Shown here: piece after piece, positions 17,906-27,648 of the stretch
Numbering within the stretch: position 1 is the first letter of the stretch
Layout of the letters: each line of letters opens with the position of its first letter
DNA from: Eubacteriales bacterium
GTDB taxonomy: Bacteria > Bacillota > Clostridia > Oscillospirales > CAG-382
Assembly: GCA_045652185.1 (NCBI GenBank)
Contig: JAZRTU010000004.1
Span: forward strand, 1-33,407
Length of the DNA stretch: 33,407 nucleotides
Reading direction: 5' to 3'
Made by a program: the position numbers and the translations under genes
Notes under the pieces: model-generated
Seen by the model: only the letters and a program-made list of their open reading frames with translations
Database searches by the model: none
Told to the model about the DNA's origin: nothing

Positions 17906-20900
17906 AGACAGAGGGCATACGCTTCTCGTGTCCGCAGGCGCGGGCGCAGGTAAGACGTCGTGCTTGACTGAGCGTATCGCTCGTCGCCTCGTTGATAATG
18001 GCAAACATGATGATAACGGAACCGAGCTTGGATACGATATATCAGATATCCTCGTCGTTACGTTCACAAAAGCGGCAGCAGCAGATATAAAAGAAAAGCT
18101 TTATAAAAATCTCGCCAATCGACTTAGCGAAGATCCCAACAATAAAGGGCTTTTCTCTCAGCTTATGGGGGTAGGAAGCGCGCGCATCTCAACGATACAT
18201 AGCTTTTGTCTTGATTTGATAAAAGACAATTTTCAAAAGCTTGACGTATCCCCGTCGGTGAGAGTGCTTGATGATACCGAAGGCGAACAGATAAAGTCGA
18301 AAATACAAAAACGTCTACTTGACGATAAATATGACGAAGGCGACGAGAATTTTTTGGAGCTTGTTGAAAGCTTCACCTCGCTTAATAACGATAACGAGCT
18401 TGAAAAAATGCTGCTCGAAATATATGATAAGATCCGCTCGTTCCCCGAACCGTTTGAGTGGCTTGAGAGAATGATATCCCGCCTCGAAAAAGAAACGAGA
18501 TTTGTCGAGTTTTATGATTGTGAGATCGGAAAACGTCTGAAAAAAGTTAAAGATTCATCTCTCAAAAAAATATTTGCGTTACTCGACGAGGTCAAAGAGC
18601 TTGTTTCGAGCGCCTGCAACCCTGTTTATTATAATCACTTCGCATACCACGAAGCAGCTTGCGAATTTCTATCCTCCTCCGAAAAATACGAGGAGTCGAG
18701 AGCGGCATTCAATTATAAGCCGACAAATTTATATACGAAAAAGCTTTGCGAAGAGGATGCCGAAAGACTTCGCGCTTTGAAACAGGAAATATACGATAAC
18801 GGTGTCAAAAAACTCGCAACGTATTATGAAGACGACAGCGAAGAGATAAGAGAAGATCTGATAAAAACAGTCAAAATGATGCGCGAGATATACTCGCTTG
18901 AAAAAGAGTTCGACAAACGCTTCACCGAAAAGAAGCGCGAGCTCGGAGTGCTCGATTATTCCGACCTCGAGCATTATACGTATTCGTTGCTCAAAAACGA
19001 GAATGGTAGCGACAGCGATATTTGTCTCTCAATGCGCGAAAGCCTGAAAGAGATATATATCGACGAATATCAAGATATCAACCCGCTTCAAGATGAGATA
19101 TTCAGACGTATCAGAAAAGAAAATAATTGCTTTATGGTTGGCGACGTAAAGCAAAGTATATATCGTTTCCGTAACGCCGAGCCTTCGATATTTATGGGAT
19201 ATAACGATAGCTTTCCGCTTCTTGAAAACGCTATATGCGAGGGCAAACTTTTTTTGAGGGAGAATTTTCGTTGTTCGCAAAATATAGTGAACTATGTAAA
19301 CAGAATATTCCGCGCCGTATATACGAAAGAAAACGGAGCGAGCGGATACGGTGATAACGAAGCGCTCGTGTTTGGCGAAACGGAGCTTTGTGACTATCCC
19401 GTTGTGACGGTGAAATGCGAGACACTTGCCGACGAGGCAGAATATACGGCTCGTGAGATAGCGAGAGCGGTAAGCAACGGTGAGTATGAATATAACGACG
19501 TCGCGTTGCTTTTGCGTTCTGTAAAAACATCGTCGAGCGACTATATCGAGGCGTTCAAAAAATACGGTATCCCGTTCATAATCGAGCAAAACGGAGACTT
19601 TCTTGCTCGTCCCGAGGTGCTTTTGGCAATGTCGCTTCTTCGTGCCATCGATAACCCGATGGACGATATTTCACTCGCCGCGTCGATGATGAGCCCCGTG
19701 TTTGATTTTGGCGCGGAAGAGCTTTATGAAATACGAAAAGCGGGAAGAAAAAAAGAACTTTTCCGTTGTTTGCAAACATGCGCGAATGAGCGCGATCGAA
19801 CAAAAAAATATAAATTGCTGAAAACGAACACAAAAACTTCTTTTCCGCGTATCGTTACATCGATCCCTCGCGAAACAAATCTACCGCTTAAATTGAAGAA
19901 AAAATGTCAAAACGTGATCATAACACTCAATTCGTGGCGAACACTTTGCGAGAATATGACGACCGAGTCGCTTTTGTGGTATCTTTATACAACCACTCCG
20001 ATTTATAGCGGTGTTGATTCCGCAGACGGACGAAGCAACCTCATCTTGCTCTATGAGTACGCAAGAAGCTTCGAAGGAAGCGCCTTCAAAGGCCTTTCGG
20101 CATTCGTTGAGTATTATAATGACGTGTCGGCAAGCCTCTCGAAGCTCGGCGAAGCGGCGGGCGAGGTCGGTGAAGGCGTAAAAATAATGTCCGTCCATAA
20201 ATCAAAAGGACTTGATTTCCCGATCGTGTTTGTCGGCGGGCTTGGAAAACGCCCAAATTTAAGTGACCTTAATAAAAAATATCTGATCAGCCGTAAAAAC
20301 GGACTTTCGTTCCGTTTCCGCAACGGTGAAGAACGAAAAAAGGAAGACACACTTCTTCGCCGCCTCGATGCATACGACGAAAAGAACGAGCAATTTGTTG
20401 AAGAAATGAGGCTTTTGTACGTTGCTCTGACACGTGCGAAAAAACGCCTTTTCGTGCTTGGAAACGAAAGCTCGGGAAGTTCAATGTTCAGCTTGCTTAT
20501 CGAAACGATAAGCAACACGCCCGAAACGAAAATAATCGAGTATATTGCGCAAAACGGGGAAGTGGATGCAGCAGAAAAAACGGCAACGAAGCTGATCGAT
20601 ATAACGGTCGATGAATTGAAAACTCGACTCGAATATAAATATCCGTACAGAGGCTCGATAAGAAAAGTCTCCGTTTCAGAGCTGAAGCTTGACGACAGAG
20701 GCATATACGAGCCGACGGTAAATCGTTCGATAATAATGGAGCGCCCCTCGTTTTGCTCACCACACAAGAGCGGCGCGGCGCGCGGTACAGCAATGCACGA
20801 GTTTATGCAGTTTTGCGATTTTCAAAGCGCGGTGCTTGTCGGCGTAGCAGAGGAGGCAAAACGGCTTTGCGCGGCAAAAATGTTGACCGATGACCAGTTG

Positions 20901-21281
20901 TTACTGTTGAATGTCAAAAAGCTCGAAAGCTTCTTTCACTCAAACCTTTATTCCCAAATAAAAGCATCACCGCGAGTATATCGCGAAAAACGCTTTTCGA
21001 TAAACGAAAGTGCTAGCCTAATTGGAAACGATGAGAACGAAAGCCTTCTCGTTCAGGGCGTTATCGACCTGTTCTTCGAAAACGAAGACGGAAGCTATAC
21101 CGTTGTCGATTATAAGACCGATTCTGTCGGTGAAAATGACGAGATCCTGTTAATAGAGCACCACCGTTCTCAAATCCAATATTATATCCGTGCAGTTGAA
21201 AAAATAACGGGCGGAAAAGTCTCACGCGCAGTTATCTATTCGTTTTCTCTTGAAAGGGAAGTCGAGCTTTTGGAAATATGA
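17871..21281 (+). CDS. addA: ATP-dependent helicase/nuclease AddA (UvrD/Rep superfamily 1 plus RecB nuclease)
   Basis: Walker A AGAGAGKTS, motif II IDEYQDINP, VGDVKQSIYRFR, LRENFRC, SVHKSKGLDFPIV, LLYVALTRAK. C-terminal nuclease motif VVDYKTD. It overlaps addB by 35 nt. Confidence 0.93.
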   Translation: MAWTVSQTKAIEDRGHTLLVSAGAGAGKTSCLTERIARRLVDNGKHDDNGTELGYDISDILVVTFTKAAAADIKEKLYKNLANRLSEDPNNKGLFSQLMGVGSARISTIHSFCLDLIKDNFQKLDVSPSVRVLDDTEGEQIKSKIQKRLLDDKYDEGDENFLELVESFTSLNNDNELEKMLLEIYDKIRSFPEPFEWLERMISRLEKETRFVEFYDCEIGKRLKKVKDSSLKKIFALLDEVKELVSSACNPVYYNHFAYHEAACEFLSSSEKYEESRAAFNYKPTNLYTKKLCEEDAERLRALKQEIYDNGVKKLATYYEDDSEEIREDLIKTVKMMREIYSLEKEFDKRFTEKKRELGVLDYSDLEHYTYSLLKNENGSDSDICLSMRESLKEIYIDEYQDINPLQDEIFRRIRKENNCFMVGDVKQSIYRFRNAEPSIFMGYNDSFPLLENAICEGKLFLRENFRCSQNIVNYVNRIFRAVYTKENGASGYGDNEALVFGETELCDYPVVTVKCETLADEAEYTAREIARAVSNGEYEYNDVALLLRSVKTSSSDYIEAFKKYGIPFIIEQNGDFLARPEVLLAMSLLRAIDNPMDDISLAASMMSPVFDFGAEELYEIRKAGRKKELFRCLQTCANERDRTKKYKLLKTNTKTSFPRIVTSIPRETNLPLKLKKKCQNVIITLNSWRTLCENMTTESLLWYLYTTTPIYSGVDSADGRSNLILLYEYARSFEGSAFKGLSAFVEYYNDVSASLSKLGEAAGEVGEGVKIMSVHKSKGLDFPIVFVGGLGKRPNLSDLNKKYLISRKNGLSFRFRNGEERKKEDTLLRRLDAYDEKNEQFVEEMRLLYVALTRAKKRLFVLGNESSGSSMFSLLIETISNTPETKIIEYIAQNGEVDAAEKTATKLIDITVDELKTRLEYKYPYRGSIRKVSVSELKLDDRGIYEPTVNRSIIMERPSFCSPHKSGAARGTAMHEFMQFCDFQSAVLVGVAEEAKRLCAAKMLTDDQLLLLNVKKLESFFHSNLYSQIKASPRVYREKRFSINESASLIGNDENESLLVQGVIDLFFENEDGSYTVVDYKTDSVGENDEILLIEHHRSQIQYYIRAVEKITGGKVSRAVIYSFSLEREVELLEI

Positions 21282-22760
21282 TAAAACCGGCAAAAGAATA
21301 GTACCCGTTCCGATGATACAAGTCACAATGTCGCCGGATGAAACGGTGAATGAATGTACGATATACCCGATAACCGCCGACGAGACGAGCGGAAAAATGA
21401 TATATCGAAAAGCTTCCGTTTTGAACCCCGTGGCTTTTTTGAGTCGCGCGTAGCAAAGTGCAAACGTGAATACGTTTGAAATAACAAGAAGCAAAAGATA
21501 TCCGTCAACTCCCGTCCTCGGTATCAAAATCGTAATAGCGGCAATACGGAAAATCGAATTATAAATATTACATCGGAGAGTAAAATAATGCTCTCCGATT
21601 CCGTTTAATATCCCAACGGAGATCGTTTCGATATACATCATCGGATTTATAAGCGCGAGTATTCGAAGTGAGCGAACACAGTCCTGACTATGATAGAAAA
21701 GAGCGGAAAATTCATTTGCGAAAATAAAAAACACAGCGCTGATCATAATTGAGAATACCCAAGAAAGCGAGATGACCTTTTTCGTGGTAGATCGTAGACG
21801 GTCGCTTTGTTTTTTCTCTGAATATTGGGTTACACGTGGGATCAAAAGTGAAACGAATGATGAGATGAACGAAAACGGAAAAAACAAAAGCGGGATCGTC
21901 ATCCCTCGTATCACACCGAAATCCGAGAGGGATTGCGCCTTGTCACCGCCGTAAAGCTCAAAGCATCGCGGTATCAAAACACTCTCGCCTGTGTGAAGTA
22001 ACGTCGTGATATACGAACCGATGGCAAGCGGCACGATAAGCTTGATAATGTCCTTGTATTTTACGGAAGCGCTTATTTTGCTGCTTTTCGGTTTTCCCGT
22101 AAACAAATAGATGATCAGACAATAAATAAAAGAAGCCGCTTCTCCGATAGTAGTTCCCCAAACTATTCCGAGACAAAGACGTCCCGAATCTGTGACGTCA
22201 GTTAATACAAATGAGAACAGATAAACACTTACAAATATCTTAACAAGCTGCTCAAATATCATCGAAGTAGCATTCTTCCAAGCCTTTCCCTCGGCGAGGA
22301 AATACCCTTTGAAGCACGCGCACGGCGAAATGAAAATCATACTCAGCGCAAGAATACGTATCGGCTCGGTTATTCGCGCATCGCCCATGATCGTCGTCGC
22401 GACGAACGAGGACGAAGAAAGAAGCGTGATCATCCCGAAAACCGATATCGCGAGCGATAAAGAAATACATTTAAAAAGCGCTCTCCTGCTTTCTTGTGTC
22501 GCTTCCGAGCCGTCCATCTTTTTTGCAGCTAACTGTGATACACAAACGGAAAACCCCGCAGTCGCAAACGTGGCGAATAAGGTGTATACCGACATGATAA
22601 CTTGATAAAGCCCGATCCCCTCGCTACCGATACGCGACGTCAAATATAACCGAAACCACATCCCGAGAAATTTCGATAAAAACGAGAATGCGGTCAAAAT
22701 AGTAGCGCCGAGCGCAAGGTTTTTTTGTTTGTTTTCGTTCATATCTGTCTCCTTGACCAA
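21222..22760 (-). CDS. spoVB: MOP-superfamily flippase, SpoVB-like
   Basis: 512 aa with about 14 predicted TM helices. The N-terminus GATILTAFSFLSKFLGMWFRLYLTSRIGSEGIGLYQVIMSVY is typical of SpoVB/MurJ-like polysaccharide-biosynthesis proteins. AAGGAGAC RBS. I did not verify the SpoVB versus general flippase assignment. Confidence 0.78.
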   Translation of the reverse strand: MVKETDMNENKQKNLALGATILTAFSFLSKFLGMWFRLYLTSRIGSEGIGLYQVIMSVYTLFATFATAGFSVCVSQLAAKKMDGSEATQESRRALFKCISLSLAISVFGMITLLSSSSFVATTIMGDARITEPIRILALSMIFISPCACFKGYFLAEGKAWKNATSMIFEQLVKIFVSVYLFSFVLTDVTDSGRLCLGIVWGTTIGEAASFIYCLIIYLFTGKPKSSKISASVKYKDIIKLIVPLAIGSYITTLLHTGESVLIPRCFELYGGDKAQSLSDFGVIRGMTIPLLFFPFSFISSFVSLLIPRVTQYSEKKQSDRLRSTTKKVISLSWVFSIMISAVFFIFANEFSALFYHSQDCVRSLRILALINPMMYIETISVGILNGIGEHYFTLRCNIYNSIFRIAAITILIPRTGVDGYLLLLVISNVFTFALCYARLKKATGFKTEAFRYIIFPLVSSAVIGYIVHSFTVSSGDIVTCIIGTGTILLPVLSYFQKLDFPFKRKRIDNCA

Positions 22761-22817
22761 AAAATAATCACACAGTATATGTTTATTTGGAAAGAAGTGA
22801 AAAAATTCGAAAACCTA

Positions 22818-22846
22818 TTGCCACATCTAAAAAAATGTGTTATAAT
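22818..22846 (+). promoter_or_regulatory. Sigma-A promoter of glyA (extended -10)
   Basis: TTGCCA (22818-22823), 17-nt spacer, TGTTATAAT (TATAAT at 22841-22846). Confidence 0.5.
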
Positions 22847-22897
22847 AGTTTGGATTTTGATAAATAATGTTCGCTTTTGAAAGTGAGGAAATAAAAA

Positions 22898-24139
22898 ATG
22901 GTTGAAGAACAAATTAAATTTTTGAAACAATATGATAGCGACGTTGCTGATGCTATATCGGCAGAGCTTGGAAGACAAAGACGTAATATCGAGCTTATCG
23001 CATCTGAAAACTTCGTTTCCGAAGCAGTGCTTGCGGCAATGGGAACAGTGCTCACAAACAAATATGCAGAAGGCTACCCCGGAAGAAGATATTACGGCGG
23101 ATGCGAATGCGTTGACGTTGTTGAGAATATCGCGATCGAACGCGCAAAAGAACTTTTCGGCGCAGAACACGCAAACGTACAACCTCATAGCGGCGCTCAA
23201 GCAAACACAGCTGTTTATATAGCACTCTTGAACCCCGGCGACACAATTATGGGTATGTCTCTCGCGCACGGCGGCCACCTCACACACGGTAGCGGCGTAA
23301 ATATCTCGGGTAAATACTTTAACGTTGTTCCTTACGGCGTAGACCCCGAAACACATGTTATCAACTACGACGAAGTTGAAAGAATAGCAATGGAATGTAA
23401 GCCGAAGCTCATCGTAGCGGGCGCATCTGCATATCCGAGAACAATAGATTTTGAAAGATTTTCTCAAATCGCGAAAAAAGTCGGCGCGCTCTTGATGGTA
23501 GATATGGCTCATATCGCAGGTCTTGTAGCGGCAGGTCTCCATCCCAGCCCCGTTCCCTATGCCGATATCGTTACAACAACGACACATAAAACTCTCCGCG
23601 GACCTCGTGGCGGTTTGATACTTTGTAAAGAAGAACTTGCAAAAGCGATCGATAAAGGTATCTTCCCCGGCTCTCAAGGCGGTCCTCTTATGCATATCAT
23701 CGCAGGTAAAGCAGTATGCTTCAAAGAAGCGCTCAGCGATGACTTCAAAAAATATCAACAACAGATCGTTAAGAACGCAGCCGCACTTGCCGATGCTTTG
23801 AAAAAAGAAGGCTTTGACCTCGTTTCCGACGGTACTGATAACCACCTTATGCTCGTTGACCTCCGTCCGTTCGATATTACAGGTAAAGAAATGGAGCATA
23901 GACTCGACGAGGTATATATCACAGTCAATAAAAACTCTATCCCCAACGACCCTCAAAAACCCACCATCACAAGCGGTATCCGTGTAGGCACACCTGCCGC
24001 AACAACAAGAGGATTCGTTGAAGAAGATATGGTTGAGATCGCACGTCTTATGAAGCTCACCGCAACAGAATTCGAAACCAAAAAGGATTATATCCGCGAA
24101 TGTGTTGCAGCTCTCTGCGATAAACACCCGCTTTATTAA
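22898..24139 (+). CDS. glyA: Serine hydroxymethyltransferase
   Basis: [28 protein letters not shown] and the PLP site [15 protein letters not shown]. 413 aa with a GAGGAA RBS. Confidence 0.97.
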   Translation: MVEEQIKFLKQYDSDVADAISAELGRQRRNIELIASENFVSEAVLAAMGTVLTNKYAEGYPGRRYYGGCECVDVVENIAIERAKELFGAEHANVQPHSGAQANTAVYIALLNPGDTIMGMSLAHGGHLTHGSGVNISGKYFNVVPYGVDPETHVINYDEVERIAMECKPKLIVAGASAYPRTIDFERFSQIAKKVGALLMVDMAHIAGLVAAGLHPSPVPYADIVTTTTHKTLRGPRGGLILCKEELAKAIDKGIFPGSQGGPLMHIIAGKAVCFKEALSDDFKKYQQQIVKNAAALADALKKEGFDLVSDGTDNHLMLVDLRPFDITGKEMEHRLDEVYITVNKNSIPNDPQKPTITSGIRVGTPAATTRGFVEEDMVEIARLMKLTATEFETKKDYIRECVAALCDKHPLY

Positions 24140-24164
24140 TAAGAATAAAAAAGTCTTTCGCCTT

Positions 24165-24199
24165 GCCCAAGTGTTCCTAAGGACACTTGGGCAGTTTTA
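24165..24199 (+). terminator. Intrinsic terminator of glyA
   Basis: GCCCAAGTGT-TCCTAAGG-ACACTTGGGC is a 10-bp stem, followed by AGTTTTATT. Confidence 0.72.
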
Positions 24200-24363
24200 T
24201 TCGCCAAAGGCGAGTGATATTGCTTCGCAGTTATATTCGGCTAATGCCGAGTGATATTGCCTTCGGCAGTTTAAGGCGAATAAAATATCACTGCAAGGCG
24301 AAGCCCATGCAATATCACTTTTGCGGTAGCAAAAATATAACGCTGTCGAAGACAGCATATCAC
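24194..24363. repeat. Dyad-symmetric array of mini-hairpins alternating with 7-mers (GTGATAT/GTTATAT, then ATATCAC/ATATAAC)
   Basis: Forward 7-mers are at 24214, 24230 and 24251. Reverse-complement 7-mers are at 24285, 24312, 24335 and 24357. Seven intervening self-complementary segments have unrelated sequences (details in findings). Confidence 0.7.
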
Positions 24364-24420
24364 TCAAAACCATCAGGAAGAGCGCACTTACTCACCACCA
24401 ACGGCGGTAGTGCTAATGCT

Positions 24421-24460
24421 AAAAAGCCGATACGGAAATAAATCCATATCGGCTTTTTTT
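24421..24460. terminator. Bidirectional intrinsic terminator (serves the minus-strand hemZ-like gene, and a possible plus-strand transcript of the repeat region)
   Basis: AAAAAGCCGATACGGA-AATAAA-TCCATATCGGCTTTTTTT. The stem has 11 pairs and one mismatch, with an A-tract 5' and a T-tract 3'. Confidence 0.72.
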
Positions 24461-24502
24461 ACTGTTCCTTAGCACCCGAACCTAAGGCGAAAGACTCTTT
24501 TT

Positions 24503-25912
24503 TTATCTCTTTAAATATTCATACGGATATCTTGCGTTGCTTTGGCGGTCTACACCGTCTTGCGTTAATATCTTCGTTGTTGCGCCTGAACCACATCCAT
24601 ATATCGAATGCGTTTCGTCTGTCGAAACAATGTTGTAAATGCAAGATCTCCCATCAAGTGTGAACCCACAATTCTCACCGCTTCCGACCGTCTTTTTCTG
24701 GCGGTAGAGGTAGTAGGGTGAATATCCGTTTTCGAAAAGCCGTGTGTGAGAGCGTGAGAGCCGTTTTAAAACGTCAGAGCCGAGTGGGTCGTATGACGAT
24801 GGATCATTTGAGAGAAGTGATGCATTTTTGACGGTCAGCGAATGGATAGTGACGTTTTCGAACCCAAACGAAAGCACGTCGGAAACAGTTTTGTCGAAAC
24901 GCTCATCGTTGTCCTCGGGAAGCCCGACGATGATGTCGGCGTTGCGCGAATGAAACCCGATCTTTTCAGAAATCGAAGCCGCCTCATAAAAAAGCGCAGA
25001 GCCGTGACTTCGCCCGATAGCCTTCAAAACTTCGTCGTTCGTCGATTGCGGATTGATGCTGATACGAGTTACACCGAAATCCTTCGCCAATCGTAGTTTT
25101 TCTTCGGTTATCGTGTCCGGACGTCCCGCCTCAAAAGTGTATTCAATAACGTCGTCCATCGGGAAATATCGTTCAATAGCGGAAAAAAGAGACTTTTCTT
25201 GCTCGAGTGAGAGTATCGACGGCGTGCCGCCTCCAATATAAACGCCCTTTAACGTATGCGCGTTCCTTTTCATCATCGTTGCCTTTTCAACCAGCTCGGT
25301 CTCGAGTGACTTTAGATAATCGGGAAGAAGTGAGTTTAGCTTTTTCGATTCAAGCGCGACGAACGAGCAGTATGAACATCTCGTCGGACAAAACGGTATC
25401 GAAACGTAAAGAAAACAGTCGTCATTTTTGAGCTTTTCCAACTCACGCATTGCGTTTTTTGCAGTAGCGATAGATAGCGCAGTCTTTTCGGCGCTTATCG
25501 CATAATCTTTTTCAAATAGCCTTGCAACAGTATCTTCGTCGAATCGTCGCAAATAATATTCAGCGCGAATAACAGGACGAAGCCCCGCAAGATGTCCCCA
25601 ACAAGGCGAAAATCCGAAAAGCTTTTTCCCGCATTCAATAAAGCAAAGCCCCGTGATGATCTCGGCGACTTGGTTTCTGTCCATCGGGATCGACGTGGCG
25701 TTGTCTCTTTCGCAGTATTCCGCTTCTTCGGTAAAAACGCCTGCCTTTATCGTCGCTTTTGCGAAAATACAGCCGTTTTCCTCACCCAAAAAGAAATATG
25801 CCTCGTTCTCTGTTGAGGTGTGAAAATCCTCGTGTGGAAAATATGAAAGGCACAAAGATGTGAAATAATGGTCGTTGAGATATGGCGTTTGGTTATCAAC
25901 AATGATCTTCAT
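24503..25912 (-). CDS. hemZ: Radical SAM protein, coproporphyrinogen-dehydrogenase-like (HemZ/HemN-like)
   Basis: Radical SAM cluster motif YVSIPFCPTRCSYCSF, GGGTPS, and a HemN-type core with an N-terminal extension of about 160 aa as in HemZ-type proteins. GAAGGTG RBS. The physiological role is uncertain. Confidence 0.82.
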   Translation of the reverse strand: MKIIVDNQTPYLNDHYFTSLCLSYFPHEDFHTSTENEAYFFLGEENGCIFAKATIKAGVFTEEAEYCERDNATSIPMDRNQVAEIITGLCFIECGKKLFGFSPCWGHLAGLRPVIRAEYYLRRFDEDTVARLFEKDYAISAEKTALSIATAKNAMRELEKLKNDDCFLYVSIPFCPTRCSYCSFVALESKKLNSLLPDYLKSLETELVEKATMMKRNAHTLKGVYIGGGTPSILSLEQEKSLFSAIERYFPMDDVIEYTFEAGRPDTITEEKLRLAKDFGVTRISINPQSTNDEVLKAIGRSHGSALFYEAASISEKIGFHSRNADIIVGLPEDNDERFDKTVSDVLSFGFENVTIHSLTVKNASLLSNDPSSYDPLGSDVLKRLSRSHTRLFENGYSPYYLYRQKKTVGSGENCGFTLDGRSCIYNIVSTDETHSIYGCGSGATTKILTQDGVDRQSNARYPYEYLKR

Positions 25913-26000
25913 GAAGCACCTTCGGAAATAGTGATAAGAATAATATAATATAAATACAAAAATCTGTCAATAAAACAATAAAAAAATCATCGACAGATGA

Positions 26001-26030
26001 TTGACAATTTTCCTATAAATGTGTTAAAAT
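26001..26030 (+). promoter_or_regulatory. Sigma-A promoter (extended -10) for the cytidylate-kinase-like/nfo genes
   Basis: TTGACA (26001-26006), 18-nt spacer to TAAAAT (26025-26030), preceded by TGT (TGnTAAAAT). Confidence 0.5.
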
Positions 26031-26085
26031 GAATCGAGGTAAACTCATATAAAAAGTATTTTAAGCATAACGCAAGGAGGGCAAT

Positions 26086-26706
26086 ATGGGAAAAATGGTA
26101 ATAACAATAAGCCGTCAATTTGGTAGCGGCGGAGCAGAAATAGCCGAAAAATTGGCTCAAAAGCTCGGAATCGATTTCTTTGACAAAGATAAACTCAGAA
26201 CTATCGCCGAAAAAAACGGAATAAGCCGTGAAGTATTCGAACGCATCGATCAACAAGCAACAAACAGCTTCCTATACTCTCTTGCGATGTCGAGCTACAG
26301 TGGTCACGCCGCTGCAAGCGTAAACGACGTAATGATGAGTGATAAGCTTTATCTTATGCAAGCGGAGGAGATCAGAAAGATCGCATCGATCAATAACTGC
26401 GTTATCGTGGGCAGAGCGGCAGACGATATTCTTGGAGCAGGAATCGACCACACGAGCATTTTCATCAGCGGTGATTATGATTGGCGCCTCAAAAGAATAA
26501 TGGAAAAGATGTCTCTCGGTGAATCCCACGCAAAATCGCTCATTAAAAAGACCGATAAAAAGAGAGCTTCATATTACAACTTCTATACAAACAGAGTATG
26601 GGGCGAAGCGAAAAACTATGAGATTTGCATCGACTCGTCCGTCCTCGGTATCGAAGGAACGACAGAAATTTTGTATGAATATGTAAAAATGAAATATAAA
26701 ATATAA
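26086..26706 (+). CDS. Cytidylate kinase-like family protein (P-loop NTPase)
   Basis: The N-terminus [32 protein letters not shown] is typical of the clostridial cytidylate-kinase-like family. AAGGAGGG RBS. Confidence 0.82.
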   Translation: MGKMVITISRQFGSGGAEIAEKLAQKLGIDFFDKDKLRTIAEKNGISREVFERIDQQATNSFLYSLAMSSYSGHAAASVNDVMMSDKLYLMQAEEIRKIASINNCVIVGRAADDILGAGIDHTSIFISGDYDWRLKRIMEKMSLGESHAKSLIKKTDKKRASYYNFYTNRVWGEAKNYEICIDSSVLGIEGTTEILYEYVKMKYKI

Positions 26707-26717
26707 GAGATAAACTA

Positions 26718-27557
26718 ATGAATAAATTGAAAATAGGATGCCATCTATCGAGTAGCGACGGATTTTTGAGTATGGGAAAAACAGCGCTTTCGATAGGTGC
26801 GAACACCTTTGCGTTTTTCACAAGAAACCCAAGAGGCGGAAAAGCGAAGGCAATAGAAAAAAGCGATACTGATGCGCTCATCGCCCTTATGAACGAAAAC
26901 GATTTCGGCCGCCTCGTCGCTCACGCGCCATATACTCTCAACGCTTGCGCGGCAGAACCGAGAACGAGGGAGTTCGCCTTGATGTGCCTTGGCGAAGATT
27001 TTGAGCGTATGGAATACGTTCCGAATAACTACTATAACTTCCACCCCGGAAGCCACGTTGGTCAAGGCGTTGAAAAAGGTATCGAGCTCATCGCCGATGC
27101 GCTCAACCAAACGATGCGTCCCGATATGACAACAACGGTCCTGCTTGAAACGATGGCGGGAAAGGGCAGTGAGGTCGGAAGCCGCTTCGAAGAATTGTAT
27201 GAAATAATCTCGAAGGTAAAATATAACGAAAAGCTCGGCGTTTGCCTCGATACTTGCCACGTTTATGACGGCGGCTATGATATCGTCGGCGACCTCGATG
27301 GCGTGCTTAATGAATTCGATAAAATAATCGGACTCGATAGATTGAAGGCTATCCACCTTAACGACGATATGAACCCGTTCGGAAGCCATAAGGACCGCCA
27401 CCAAAAGATCGGCGAGGGCAGTATCGGTCTTGAACATATCTCAAAGGTGACTAACCACCCCGTTTTGAGAGATCTTCCGTTCATCCTCGAAACCCCAAAC
27501 GAGCTTGATGGCTATAGAAACGAAATAACAATACTTCGTTCACTCTATAAAAACTGA
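26718..27557 (+). CDS. nfo: Deoxyribonuclease IV (endonuclease IV, AP endonuclease family 2)
   Basis: Motifs [39 protein letters not shown] and ILETP match endonuclease IV metal-binding signatures. Confidence 0.92.
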   Translation: MNKLKIGCHLSSSDGFLSMGKTALSIGANTFAFFTRNPRGGKAKAIEKSDTDALIALMNENDFGRLVAHAPYTLNACAAEPRTREFALMCLGEDFERMEYVPNNYYNFHPGSHVGQGVEKGIELIADALNQTMRPDMTTTVLLETMAGKGSEVGSRFEELYEIISKVKYNEKLGVCLDTCHVYDGGYDIVGDLDGVLNEFDKIIGLDRLKAIHLNDDMNPFGSHKDRHQKIGEGSIGLEHISKVTNHPVLRDLPFILETPNELDGYRNEITILRSLYKN

Positions 27558-27561
27558 ATAT

Positions 27562-27579
27562 TATGCATAAATATGCACA
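27562..27579. promoter_or_regulatory. ARG-box-like operator (distal)
   Basis: TATGCATAAATATGCACA has the same 5-4-5 geometry as the E. coli ARG box wnTGAATwwwwATTCAnw. It carries a symmetric A>C / T>G change (TGCAT-AAAT-ATGCA). Confidence 0.5.
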
Positions 27580-27648
27580 AAGCCGCCCCGTTGAAGTTAC
27601 CTCTTTTTGTAGGCAGGATAAAAAATTCGGGCGGCTACCGTTTTGCTC

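Noticed and set aside
22739-24127. A 462-aa ORF on the minus strand spanning essentially all of glyA.
   Set aside because: It is exactly antisense to a very well conserved SHMT gene. The product is Cys/Phe-rich low-complexity sequence with no motif, RBS or promoter. It is a shadow ORF arising from the codon periodicity of glyA.
24187-24441. An 84-aa ORF (MGSFIRQRRVILLRSYIRL...) inside the glyA/hemZ spacer.
   Set aside because: It starts at a non-ATG codon with no RBS. It begins inside the glyA terminator stem and runs through the hairpin/7-mer array into the next terminator hairpin. Its sequence simply translates the repeats.
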